Shown piece after piece: positions 8,903 through 18,468 of a DNA stretch of 32,000 bases (its first letter is position 1; the number at the start of each line of letters is the position of its first letter). The notes below the pieces were generated by a model. The model saw nothing but the letters and a program-made list of their open reading frames with translations, did not search any database and was not told where the DNA came from. Source of the stretch: Guillardia theta nucleomorph (lineage: Eukaryota > Protista > Cryptophyta); NCBI GenBank assembly GCA_000002975.1, contig AF165818.4, positions 30,001-62,000 of the forward strand, written 5' to 3'. The translations under genes and the position numbers were made by a program.

Positions 8903-10462
8903 TCAAATCTGGATAGTACAAATATTTGATAACTCCCATGAATGTTTTATATTCTGAAATCTTTTTTTAATATTTGAACATCGATTTATTCTATTATTAG
9001 TAAAATTAGAAAATTTATATTTAATTGAAAAATAGACAGCTTGTTGATTTATTAAGGAAATATTATCGAAATGATTTTTGAATTTAGTTGTTTTGTCATT
9101 TGTTTTATAATTTGTTTTATTTCCCAAGAAAATATCTTTATCATTTATAATTTTTAGAAATTTAGATATTTTAAAAATTTTATCAATAAACTTCAAAAAT
9201 AATCTGATATCATTTTTTTTAAAAAATTCAAAACTAGAAAAAATTAATACATTAAAATATAAATATGGTTTTTTAAATTTAAATAATTGATTTTTGAAAA
9301 AATTATTAAAAAAGAAATTATTCTCTTTCTGATGTAGATTAGTAGGAATTGAGAAAATTCGTTTTTGAGTCAAAATATTGTAACTTTTTAATAAAAGAGT
9401 ATAATGTAGAATCTGAATGTTTGAAAACTGTAAAATTTTAGCTTTTGAATTCAAAAAAAATGGATAAATTAAATTTTTTTTATATTTTTTTTTCATTTGT
9501 ATAATAAAAATTGTATAAAAATACTTGCTAAAAATTATTAGTATAATGGGATTGAAAAATTTTTTTATGTTCAGGTAAAATTTTGTTTCGTTTTTGAAGA
9601 AATCAATTTTATTTTTTAAAAAATGAAATTTTAAAATTAAGATATCATTATAATATAATATATTATTTAAAATGATTTTTTTGCTCTTTAATAAATAATC
9701 AAATTTTTTATCGGAAAAACGTAAGCTTATGCTTTTTTTAAAATTAAATAAAAAATTAAAATTTTGCATATTTTTTTGGTAAATTTTTTCTTTTTTGAAT
9801 ATTTTTAAACTTTTTAGAAATGGATATTTCAATGGATAAAATAATAAATTACACAATGAAAATAACCGATTACTCTTTTTTAAACTTTGAATTGTGTAAA
9901 ATTTAAATATTAAATGTATTCCTAAGTTACAAAAAAAAAATAAAAACGGTTTTTTCAATAAAAATATTAACCTATTTTCTGAATTTTTTACAATTAAAGC
10001 AAAATTATATAAAAAAAGGGCAGCATCAGCTTTGAATTTGTTGTGGAAAAAAAAAAATTTTTCTATTTTAGATTTTAAATCATTTGCATTTTCCACCAAT
10101 TTTAAAATTGTATCATTATCTAAATTATATGTAAAAACCAAATGTAAATAATTCAACGCAAAAATTATATTTAAATTTCTATTTGAATTTATAAATAAAA
10201 AAAAATACTTTCTGAAATTCATGCATTTAAAATCAGATATATAAATATTATTAATTTGTTTAAATACTAATTTTTTTTTTTTCCCCTGAAATATTTCTTC
10301 AAAACAGTATTTTTTTTTATGTTTAAGATTTAATATAATCTGAAGTCTTAATATTAATAGTTTAAAGTTTGGTATACAACTTAAATTTCCGAAAATTCTG
10401 TAAAAATGTTTTAAATTATGTAACCTTATTAAATTATAAACAGAATTTATTTGATTAACCAT
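8903..10462 (-). CDS. Hypothetical protein (519 aa), F/I/K/N-biased ORFan
   Basis: A 1.56-kb stop-free frame in very AT-rich DNA, tightly filling the gap. No motif recognised. Confidence 0.7.
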   Translation of the reverse strand: MVNQINSVYNLIRLHNLKHFYRIFGNLSCIPNFKLLILRLQIILNLKHKKKYCFEEIFQGKKKKLVFKQINNIYISDFKCMNFRKYFFLFINSNRNLNIIFALNYLHLVFTYNLDNDTILKLVENANDLKSKIEKFFFFHNKFKADAALFLYNFALIVKNSENRLIFLLKKPFLFFFCNLGIHLIFKFYTIQSLKKSNRLFSLCNLLFYPLKYPFLKSLKIFKKEKIYQKNMQNFNFLFNFKKSISLRFSDKKFDYLLKSKKIILNNILYYNDILILKFHFLKNKIDFFKNETKFYLNIKKFFNPIILIIFSKYFYTIFIIQMKKKYKKNLIYPFFLNSKAKILQFSNIQILHYTLLLKSYNILTQKRIFSIPTNLHQKENNFFFNNFFKNQLFKFKKPYLYFNVLIFSSFEFFKKNDIRLFLKFIDKIFKISKFLKIINDKDIFLGNKTNYKTNDKTTKFKNHFDNISLINQQAVYFSIKYKFSNFTNNRINRCSNIKKRFQNIKHSWELSNICTIQI

Positions 10463-10486
10463 TATTAAGTTATATGAGTATTATTG

Positions 10487-13400
10487 TTAGAATTCACCAG
10501 GTATTAACCTAACTCCAACCGATAATGACATTAATTCTTGAATTAATAGTTTGAAAGCGTAAGGTATTCTTATAAATGATATCATCGATCTATTAGAACA
10601 ATTTCTACATTCAAAATTGTTTTGTTTTTTGTTTGAAACTACAATAAACCCACAAAAATCACAAACATAAATTCCAAATGGATCTGATTGATCAAACAAT
10701 CTGTCTTTTAAAAAGATTGCAGCTCCGTGTGAAATCATGCAATCTCTTTCCATTTCGCCAAATCTTAATCCACCTTCTCTTGACCTTCCTTCAACTGGTT
10801 GTCGAGTCAATATTTGAATAGGACCTCTTGCTCTTGAATGAATTTTGTCTTCTACCATATGTTTTAACTTTTGATAATAAGTAGGGCCCATGAAAATTAA
10901 TGATTTTATTCTTTTACCATTAAAACCATTATAGAGAATTTCCCATCCATTTTTGTCAAAATTATTTTTTTCTAAAAAATTCATGATATCTTCCATATTT
11001 TGTCTTTCAAAAGGAGTACCATCACCTTCTATGCCCTTCATTGAAACTGCCTTAGAAAGAAGGCATTCGAGAAGATGTCCAATTGTCATTCTTGAGGGAA
11101 TTGCATGAGGATTCATTATAATATCTGGACTTATACCTTGTTCAGAAAATGGCATATTTACTTGTCTATAAATCATTCCAATTATTCCTTTCTGACCATG
11201 CCTAGAAGCAAATTTATCTCCAATTTGTGGCAAACGGACAGATCTTATCCTAATTTTAACTAATCTAAAACCCTCATCACTTTTTGCCAAAATTACTTTA
11301 TCTACAACTCCTGTTTCGAAATTCTTTATAGAAGAACTACAATCAGTTTTAATTTTTAAATTTTTACCTAATAATCTTAAATCTTCATTATTATTATCAA
11401 ATAGATTTGTAGGACAAGTCTTTCCAATAATTATGTCATTAGAATTAACTTTTTTTCCTTCACCTATTAAACCGTCTAAATCAAGTTTTTCGTATGAATG
11501 TATTTTAATCCCATTGCACGATTTCCAATTTGGTATCTCAAAGGTTTCTTTTTTGCCACCAAATTTAATTTTTTCGACATCTTTATAATTTCTAAAAAAA
11601 AAGGATCTAAACAAACCTCTATCTATTGAATCTTGTGACATAATTATAGAGTCCTCTTGGTTATATCCTCCATAACATGCGATAGCTACAATTGCATTTA
11701 TACCGTTTGGAAAATCTTTGAATTTTATAAAATTCATAGACTTTGTGCAAACTAATGGTTTTTGTGGGTAATATAAAATATGGCACATCGTATCCATCCT
11801 AAAATCATAATTTGAAACATTAATACCAATAGCTTGTTTACCCATTGCAGCTTGATATGTATTTCTTGGTGACTGATTATGGTCACAAAAAGGAATCAAT
11901 GAGGCACAAACACCTAAGATGACCGAAGGATGAAGTTCACAATGAGTATATTTAATTTTTTGAGTATGAAGATTTTTAAGGTATTTAAAATTATAAAACA
12001 TCGATATTAAACAGGTTTCTTCTTCCTCTGGGTCCACATACTCAAGTATTCCTTCTTCTAATAATTGTTGAAAATTAGAATAAATACTTTGATCATCAGT
12101 TAAGTTATGTAGATATTTCTGTTTGTTATTTATTTTTATAATATTTTCCTCATTTATTATTAAAAGTGGTCTAATGACTCTTCCTGAATCAGAAAATATT
12201 TTAATTTCTTTATCATAATCGTCTAGAATAATTGAAATTTCTTCCGAAAATATATTTCTTCTTCTGTAAATTTTCATTTTACTGATGAGTGCAAATGGAT
12301 TTTTATGTGTTCCTATCCAACATCCATTGACAAAAACTTTGAAACTACTTTTTAATTTATCTGAATTATATTCTTCTAAACTTTCTAAACCTAAGTTTTC
12401 TAATTTTTCGATTATAAATAACGGTGAAGTTCCAATAGTAATCATAGCAGTTAGTGCTAAATTCTTAACCAATCCACATGAATGTCCCTCTGGTGTTTCT
12501 ACTGGACATATGTAACCCCAGTGAGAATTATGTAGATGTCTAGGTTTTGTTATTTTATTGCCTTTAGCGGATGGTGAATTAACTCTTCTTAAATGGCTTA
12601 AAGTAGAAGAATAAGATAATCTATTCAAAACTTGGCTTATCCCTGTTCTTAATGACTGCTTATCTGTTCCCCAGTTTCCGGTTGAAAGAGCATATTGAAT
12701 ACCAGTAGTTACATAATTAGATTTAAAAAAATCTTTTAATTCAAATTTTTTATCCAGCCTATGAATTTTTTTTTGAACATTAGTTTTAAATTCTTTTAAA
12801 ACTTTTCCCAGTAGTTGTCTGAAGAGTTGACTTAGTAGAGGACCAACTGTGTCTAATCTTTTGTATCCATAATGATCTCTATCATCCATTTTTCTTTTAC
12901 CTATTTGTGTGGAAATGAGTTTGTTAATAATATAACCGAAAAAATAACCTTTTCTCAATTCAAATCCTTGCCCGATTCCTATGTGTGGTAAAAATTCTTT
13001 TTGAAGTACTTCATACGCGAATTTAATTCTAATCCCTTGTGGGCCTTTTGACACGTGCTGGCCTATTGCTGCAAGTGCAGTTTCCTGGTCTAAAATCGGA
13101 CAAGATATTGAAAGTGAGTTTTGCGTTGATATTTTATCATCTTCAACAATATATCTTACAATAGAAATAAGATCTTCGTCCTGACTATCGTAACATATAT
13201 AATCTAAAATTTCAATTTCATTTTCAAATCCCAAAGCCTTGAAAATCCAAGTTATAGGAATATCTTTTTTAAAATAAGGCAACATCATCCTTAGATAAAA
13301 ACCGCCAGATAAAAAAATCTCAGGTGAATTAAATTTGAGATTTTTTTTGAAAATAGAAAATTTTTGATCTTTATATGGACATAGACAAACTTTAACAGTT

Positions 13401-14107
13401 AATAGAGATGGAGACCATTTTGAATAATCTGCGACTGATCTACATTCGGCAAAATATAAATATCCTTCAACTGTATAATTTTTAATTTTGATTGTATTTC
13501 TTAAATTTTCATTTTTTTGAAAAATATAGACTTTATTCCACGAAAGCTGTTCTTGAGCAACTATGACTTTTTCCGAGCCATTAACTATAAAATATCCACC
13601 TGGATCATCTGGACATTCTCCTAAATTTTTTAGACATTTGATATCTAGATTACTTAAAATACAAAATTTTGATTTTATCATTATTGGAATTCTACCTATC
13701 AATATTTTTTCAGAAAATTGTTTTAAGATATAATCTATAGACTTTTCATTTTTTATGATTGAAGTAGATATTTCACAGTATAAAGGAGACGAATAAGTCA
13801 AATTTCTTAATCTAGCTTCATTTGGCACCAAATTGTGAACTAAACCATCATCTTCAATATAAGTAGGCTTAGAAAGATGAAGTTGACCTAGTCTTATTAC
13901 CATTCTAATTTTTGATAATAGATCGTCGTTTCCTGGATCATTGTCTATGTAAACTGTTATAGGGGGCATATCATCGATTATATCCTGCATAGTATTTTGG
14001 ATGAAATTGTTAAACGAGTTAATTTGTTGGTCAACTAGACCTTTTTGGATAAAAAACAACTTTAGAATATGCCACAAAATATCTATATCAAAATTACTAT
14101 TATTCAT
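10487..14107 (-). CDS. rpb2: RNA polymerase II second-largest subunit
   Basis: PNEARLRNLTY, DPGGYFIVNGSEKV, CPVETPEG, GYNQEDS, GDKFASRHGQKG, MNPHAIPSRMTIG, GGLRFGEMERD and a C-terminal Zn ribbon. Confidence 0.98.
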   Translation of the reverse strand: MNNSNFDIDILWHILKLFFIQKGLVDQQINSFNNFIQNTMQDIIDDMPPITVYIDNDPGNDDLLSKIRMVIRLGQLHLSKPTYIEDDGLVHNLVPNEARLRNLTYSSPLYCEISTSIIKNEKSIDYILKQFSEKILIGRIPIMIKSKFCILSNLDIKCLKNLGECPDDPGGYFIVNGSEKVIVAQEQLSWNKVYIFQKNENLRNTIKIKNYTVEGYLYFAECRSVADYSKWSPSLLTVKVCLCPYKDQKFSIFKKNLKFNSPEIFLSGGFYLRMMLPYFKKDIPITWIFKALGFENEIEILDYICYDSQDEDLISIVRYIVEDDKISTQNSLSISCPILDQETALAAIGQHVSKGPQGIRIKFAYEVLQKEFLPHIGIGQGFELRKGYFFGYIINKLISTQIGKRKMDDRDHYGYKRLDTVGPLLSQLFRQLLGKVLKEFKTNVQKKIHRLDKKFELKDFFKSNYVTTGIQYALSTGNWGTDKQSLRTGISQVLNRLSYSSTLSHLRRVNSPSAKGNKITKPRHLHNSHWGYICPVETPEGHSCGLVKNLALTAMITIGTSPLFIIEKLENLGLESLEEYNSDKLKSSFKVFVNGCWIGTHKNPFALISKMKIYRRRNIFSEEISIILDDYDKEIKIFSDSGRVIRPLLIINEENIIKINNKQKYLHNLTDDQSIYSNFQQLLEEGILEYVDPEEEETCLISMFYNFKYLKNLHTQKIKYTHCELHPSVILGVCASLIPFCDHNQSPRNTYQAAMGKQAIGINVSNYDFRMDTMCHILYYPQKPLVCTKSMNFIKFKDFPNGINAIVAIACYGGYNQEDSIIMSQDSIDRGLFRSFFFRNYKDVEKIKFGGKKETFEIPNWKSCNGIKIHSYEKLDLDGLIGEGKKVNSNDIIIGKTCPTNLFDNNNEDLRLLGKNLKIKTDCSSSIKNFETGVVDKVILAKSDEGFRLVKIRIRSVRLPQIGDKFASRHGQKGIIGMIYRQVNMPFSEQGISPDIIMNPHAIPSRMTIGHLLECLLSKAVSMKGIEGDGTPFERQNMEDIMNFLEKNNFDKNGWEILYNGFNGKRIKSLIFMGPTYYQKLKHMVEDKIHSRARGPIQILTRQPVEGRSREGGLRFGEMERDCMISHGAAIFLKDRLFDQSDPFGIYVCDFCGFIVVSNKKQNNFECRNCSNRSMISFIRIPYAFKLLIQELMSLSVGVRLIPGEF

Positions 14108-14147
14108 TACGTTTTATTTAATATCATAATAATTATATTAAAATCAT

Positions 14148-14558
14148 TCAAAAAATCATCTCACCTCTAATTCGTCTTGCAAGATAAATATCTTTGGGCA
14201 TAATTGTTACTCTTTTAGCATGTATAGCACATAAATTTGTATCTTCAAATAAGTTGACTAAGTAGGATTCTGATGCTTCTTGTAAAGCCAAAACTGCGGA
14301 ATTTTGAAATCTAAGATCCGATTTGTAGTCTTGGGCAAGTTCCCTTACAAGTCTTTGGAAAGGTAGTTTTCTAATAAGTAAATTTGTACTTTTTTGATAC
14401 TTTCTGATTTCTCTTAGTGCTACTGTACCTGGTTTATATCTGTGCACTTTTTTCAGGTCTATATTTTTTGAATTGTCCGACTTTGCTCTTTTTTCAGAAA
14501 TTCTACTATTTATATCACCCCCAACAGTTTTTCTTGCTGTTTGTTTAGTTCGGGCCAT
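14148..14558 (-). CDS. H3: Histone H3 with divergent N-terminal tail
   Basis: ARTKQTARK start, then the histone fold [16 protein letters not shown]...[21 protein letters not shown]. Confidence 0.97.
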   Translation of the reverse strand: MARTKQTARKTVGGDINSRISEKRAKSDNSKNIDLKKVHRYKPGTVALREIRKYQKSTNLLIRKLPFQRLVRELAQDYKSDLRFQNSAVLALQEASESYLVNLFEDTNLCAIHAKRVTIMPKDIYLARRIRGEMIF

Positions 14559-14598
14559 GTGTTTTTTGTGAGTGTTAGGATTATTTAAACTTTATATA
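14559..14598. promoter_or_regulatory. 40-bp divergent H3/H4 spacer, probable bidirectional promoter
   Basis: Head-to-head ATGs at 14558 (-) and 14599 (+); contains a TATA-like TTTATATAA immediately before H4. Confidence 0.5.
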
Positions 14599-14913
14599 AT
14601 GACTGTTGGCAAAGGCAAAGTAGGAAAAGGTTTAGGAAAAAGAGGTACTAAAAGACATAAAAAAGTGTTAAGAGATAGTATACAAGGGATAACAAAACCT
14701 GCTATAAGAAGATTAGCAAGAAGAGGAGGAGTAAAACGTATTTCTGGTCTTATATATGAAGAAACCAAAATTGTATTGAAATTATTCCTTGAAAATGTCG
14801 TCAAAGACGCAGTAACTTACACTGAACACGCTAGACGAAAAACTGTAACAGCAATGGATGTCATATATGCCCTAAAGAGACAAGGTAGAACAATTTATGG
14901 ATTTGGTTATTAA
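14599..14913 (+). CDS. H4: Histone H4
   Basis: [23 protein letters not shown] and [14 protein letters not shown]. The first ATG is at 14599; the ORF track start at 14572 is a GTG. Confidence 0.97.
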   Translation: MTVGKGKVGKGLGKRGTKRHKKVLRDSIQGITKPAIRRLARRGGVKRISGLIYEETKIVLKLFLENVVKDAVTYTEHARRKTVTAMDVIYALKRQGRTIYGFGY

Positions 14914-14942
14914 ATTTAAATTAATATTAATTTAGTAAATAA

Positions 14943-16541
14943 ATGAAAATAAAGAACATAATTAAAAATTTTGTCTTAAAACTTAAGTATGAAAGAACAT
15001 TTAGAAATTTTTTTATTATTAAAAATGTAATTCGGTTGGATTTAGATTTGTTATTAAATATAGATAAAAATCTTTTTGTTGTTTTCACCGAATCACCTAA
15101 ATTTACTATTAGTATGTTTAATTATTATATCTCATGTGAATTAGAAGATAAAATAACTTACAATATTATAGTTCTCTCCAAAAATTCAGTAGATTTATTA
15201 TTTTCAAATAAGAATAAATACCCAAAAACAAAACTTTGTAAAGTTATGGTAAGAATATTATATCTAAGTAAAATTATAATAATTGAAAAGCAATCAAAAT
15301 CTAAAAATAAGAATATTCATCTTATTAATATTCAAATAGCTAAATGTGAGATTATCCGAGAATTTAAAAATAAACTAGAAAATGAGAATATTTTTATAGA
15401 AATTTCAAAGCCATATTTAAATAAATTAAAAAACGGAGATCTAGTATTAATTCATGGTTATCTTGAATATTTTTTTCAAAAAAAAATATTTTATAACAGA
15501 TTGCAAAAAATTGATGAAATAAAGAAAATATTTAAAGTTTTGAGTTTTAAAAAATTAAAAAATAAAAATCTAATTTTAATTGCAAAAAATAAATTCTTTA
15601 AAAAAAAAATCATTAGATTAATAACTTCTATTGATATATTGAGTTGGATGAATAACTTTATCTTGGAAGATTTTAACTTCATCTCAGGACTAAAAAAGGG
15701 TTTATGTTCCTTTTTGTTTGCATTAAACTGTTACGATAGTTTTCGTTCTTATTCGAATGGAATAAACATAAGTATTGTTTTTAATAATGATTTTCTTTTG
15801 ACCAATGTTTCAAAACAACTAACAAACGATTTTTCGAAAGTAACTTATCAAACACTTCAACTGAAAGATTATGTTAAAGAAAATAAACTATTTTATGGTA
15901 TCAAAAATAAAATCAATAATTTTTTAAACTTGAGAGTCTATACAAACCAATATAGATATGGTTTTATTATCATTGAAACGTTAAATGATTTCAACTCTTT
16001 AGAAAAATTTTTCATTCGACACTTAATTAATTCAGGTGGTAACTTTATAATGAATGAATTTTATAGTATAATTGGATTAAAGAATATCTCGATAATCAGT
16101 TTTTCCAATGATTCCAAATTAAATATTTATCTTAAAGATAAACCGAACTCTTTAATCCACGATTTAATTTATTTCATAGATGAATATGCAACGTCAAAAA
16201 CAAAACTAAACATAATTTATAAAAAAAAAATTTTCTATAAAGAACATTCTCTAAGTTTACTTAAATTATTTATTTATTATAGTTCTACTATGAAAATGCC
16301 AAATTTTACCGAACTTTCGGCTAATTATCTTTTTAATATTTATATTTATATAAAATACATAAAAAAGGAAAAAAAAAATTTTATTAACATAGGAATACAT
16401 AATTTAGAAACATTAATTAAAATATCATCATCGATCTCTAAAACAAAAATTTCTAGTTTAATTACTAAGAATGATATCACACTTGCATTTAAAATTTTTA
16501 AAGATGGATATTTAGATTTTTTTTTGAAAAATTTGGAATAG
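14943..16541 (+). CDS. Degenerate MCM-family replicative helicase subunit
   Basis: OB-fold-like NKLKNGDLVLIHGYL (cf. DKxKPGDRVxxTG), KKGLCSFLF (cf. KKAIxxxLFG), INISIV (cf. INILLVGDP), and C-terminal NLETLIKISSSISKTKISSLITKNDITLAFKIF (cf. QLExLIRLSEAxAKxxLSxxVxxxDVxxAxRLF). Confidence 0.75.
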   Translation: MKIKNIIKNFVLKLKYERTFRNFFIIKNVIRLDLDLLLNIDKNLFVVFTESPKFTISMFNYYISCELEDKITYNIIVLSKNSVDLLFSNKNKYPKTKLCKVMVRILYLSKIIIIEKQSKSKNKNIHLINIQIAKCEIIREFKNKLENENIFIEISKPYLNKLKNGDLVLIHGYLEYFFQKKIFYNRLQKIDEIKKIFKVLSFKKLKNKNLILIAKNKFFKKKIIRLITSIDILSWMNNFILEDFNFISGLKKGLCSFLFALNCYDSFRSYSNGINISIVFNNDFLLTNVSKQLTNDFSKVTYQTLQLKDYVKENKLFYGIKNKINNFLNLRVYTNQYRYGFIIIETLNDFNSLEKFFIRHLINSGGNFIMNEFYSIIGLKNISIISFSNDSKLNIYLKDKPNSLIHDLIYFIDEYATSKTKLNIIYKKKIFYKEHSLSLLKLFIYYSSTMKMPNFTELSANYLFNIYIYIKYIKKEKKNFINIGIHNLETLIKISSSISKTKISSLITKNDITLAFKIFKDGYLDFFLKNLE

Positions 16542-16624
16542 GTGATAAATATTTATTTTTTTAAAAATCATAAAATTATAATACAAATTTTTAAATTTTT
16601 GATAATTCTAATTACATATATTCA

Positions 16625-17302
16625 ATGATCTATAAAATAGGATTAATTAAGGAATTTTGCATTAAATATAAATACAGATCTGAGATTTTTTTAACAACAA
16701 TTAAGACTTTAAAAACTTTAAAAAAATTTTTAGGTGGTAATTTTTTAAATTACCAACAATATAATAGAGATATAAAAGTTAGAAATAAATATAATACTTG
16801 GTGTGAACATAAAAGTATAGCATCTTTTTTCGAGCTGAATGTAAATAATCATCAATTTTTTAATGCATTATATTTTTTCAACAAAATTCCTCAAAGCATC
16901 TTTAGAGTTAGAATTTATAAAATAGAGTCAAATTTTCTATGTATAGATTTGTTTACTTCTTTGGTAATGAAAATTTATAAGTATAATGTTGAAAAAATAA
17001 TATTAAATAATACTAGAATGTATAATAAATCTTATCTTATCGAGAATTGCGATATATTTTGGTTTGGAAAATTAAAATTAGAAAGGAATGAAATTTTTTT
17101 TGTGGGTAAAATGTATAAAGATGGCTGTACATTATATTCTAATTTCGCGAATAATTTTATAATTGTTAAAGATGAATTGATAATTTCTAAGCGTTTTTTA
17201 CAAATTAACGATAGAGGTTTTGACTTTTTGGGAAATTATTTATATGGTTCATCTGATAATATTTCTTATGAAATGAAACATTTGAGAAGAATAGTTTTAT
17301 AG
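16625..17302 (+). CDS. CpcT/CpeT (T-type bilin lyase / CRUMPLED LEAF)-like protein
   Basis: GNFLNYQQ (cf. GxFxNxxQ), YFFNKIPQSIFRVRIY (cf. Y....P..PYRxRxY), and C-terminal INDRGFDFLGNYLYGS...YEM (cf. DRGxD..GxxVWG....YEF). Confidence 0.65.
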   Translation: MIYKIGLIKEFCIKYKYRSEIFLTTIKTLKTLKKFLGGNFLNYQQYNRDIKVRNKYNTWCEHKSIASFFELNVNNHQFFNALYFFNKIPQSIFRVRIYKIESNFLCIDLFTSLVMKIYKYNVEKIILNNTRMYNKSYLIENCDIFWFGKLKLERNEIFFVGKMYKDGCTLYSNFANNFIIVKDELIISKRFLQINDRGFDFLGNYLYGSSDNISYEMKHLRRIVL

Positions 17303-17332
17303 TATATTTCAATTTTTATTTTATTAAAAATA

Positions 17333-17680
17333 ATGTATTCTTGTATAATAGTCGAAATAACAGATTTGGATTTTATCAACAATCCTAATCGTTTGCAAAT
17401 TTTTAACATTTTTGGTATAGAAAAAGAAACTCCAATAGTTAGATTGGATAATTCTTTATTCTATGGTAAATGGACATATCTACATGATCAAAATTTTTCT
17501 AATTTGCGCAAATTTCTCGAAACATCAAAGTTGGATTCGAATAAAAAATACTTATTTAATAGTATAAACTATAATTCAAAAAAATATTTTAACTCTAAGA
17601 ATTGTTTTAACAAATTTAATTTTATAAAGAAATCTTACAAATACCTCAAGTTGTATAAGCTTCCTTTAATTTTAATATAA
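17333..17680 (+). CDS. TFIIIC subunit 6 (Sfc7/tau55 triple-barrel)-like small protein
   Basis: YSCIIVEI followed by IFGIEKETPIVRLDNSLFYGKW, which matches the family pattern lxGldtxxPilqixxxxfxGxw. Confidence 0.6.
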   Translation: MYSCIIVEITDLDFINNPNRLQIFNIFGIEKETPIVRLDNSLFYGKWTYLHDQNFSNLRKFLETSKLDSNKKYLFNSINYNSKKYFNSKNCFNKFNFIKKSYKYLKLYKLPLILI

Positions 17681-17711
17681 CAATATTTTAATTTATATTT
17701 AACTTTCATAA

Positions 17712-18422
17712 ATGTTTGTTAAAAATACCAAACAATTGTTAAATTCGAATTTCAGTAAAAATTTTTATAAGAATTTATACGTTGATGGAAAAATACACCA
17801 TGGATTTTTAAATCAATTTCATTTTTCAAGCGAATCCTTAATAAATCTGTCCTTTTTAATTCCATTGAGTTTAAAATATAAAATAATACTCAATATAATC
17901 ACAAAAATTTTCTATAGTTTGAATGTATTTAAATTGTTACTAAATAACAAAACATCTGAAAAATTTATTGGTATTCTTTTTCTATTCAATCCAAATTTTG
18001 AAATATTTTTATTAAATAATAAAAATGTTAAGAATTTAGAAATTGAAAATAATTTATTATCTAATTTGATTACAGTTTTTTCTTATTGCAATAATACCAA
18101 ATTATTTTTACAAATAATTAAAAGAAAATTCTCAAATAGCAAGTTCACAATCGCTATTGATTGCTCGATTTTCACAAAACTCAATTTTATATTCATCTAT
18201 TTCTATAAATTCACAATACTTTCTAACAGAAATTTATTAATTAAAATTATTAAAAATTTAAGAAAGTTACTAAAAAATGGAAAATTACGCCTTGTCATAT
18301 ATGAAATCCAACAAAATCCAAAAAATGATGGATTTTATGAATTTTTTCACTTTATAAATGACAATTCAATATTGAATAAATTGATGATCCTTTTGAGGAA
18401 TTTACCTAATAAAAACCTATAA
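17712..18422 (+). CDS. Hypothetical protein, possibly a degenerate RecA/Rad51-paralogue fold
   Basis: 236-aa ORF with segments colinear with the Rad51 core (see findings), but no P-loop. Confidence 0.4.
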   Translation: MFVKNTKQLLNSNFSKNFYKNLYVDGKIHHGFLNQFHFSSESLINLSFLIPLSLKYKIILNIITKIFYSLNVFKLLLNNKTSEKFIGILFLFNPNFEIFLLNNKNVKNLEIENNLLSNLITVFSYCNNTKLFLQIIKRKFSNSKFTIAIDCSIFTKLNFIFIYFYKFTILSNRNLLIKIIKNLRKLLKNGKLRLVIYEIQQNPKNDGFYEFFHFINDNSILNKLMILLRNLPNKNL

Positions 18423-18468
18423 TAACAAAAATCTAGCTAATTTATCTTAGTTAGTAATTTACTGGATT

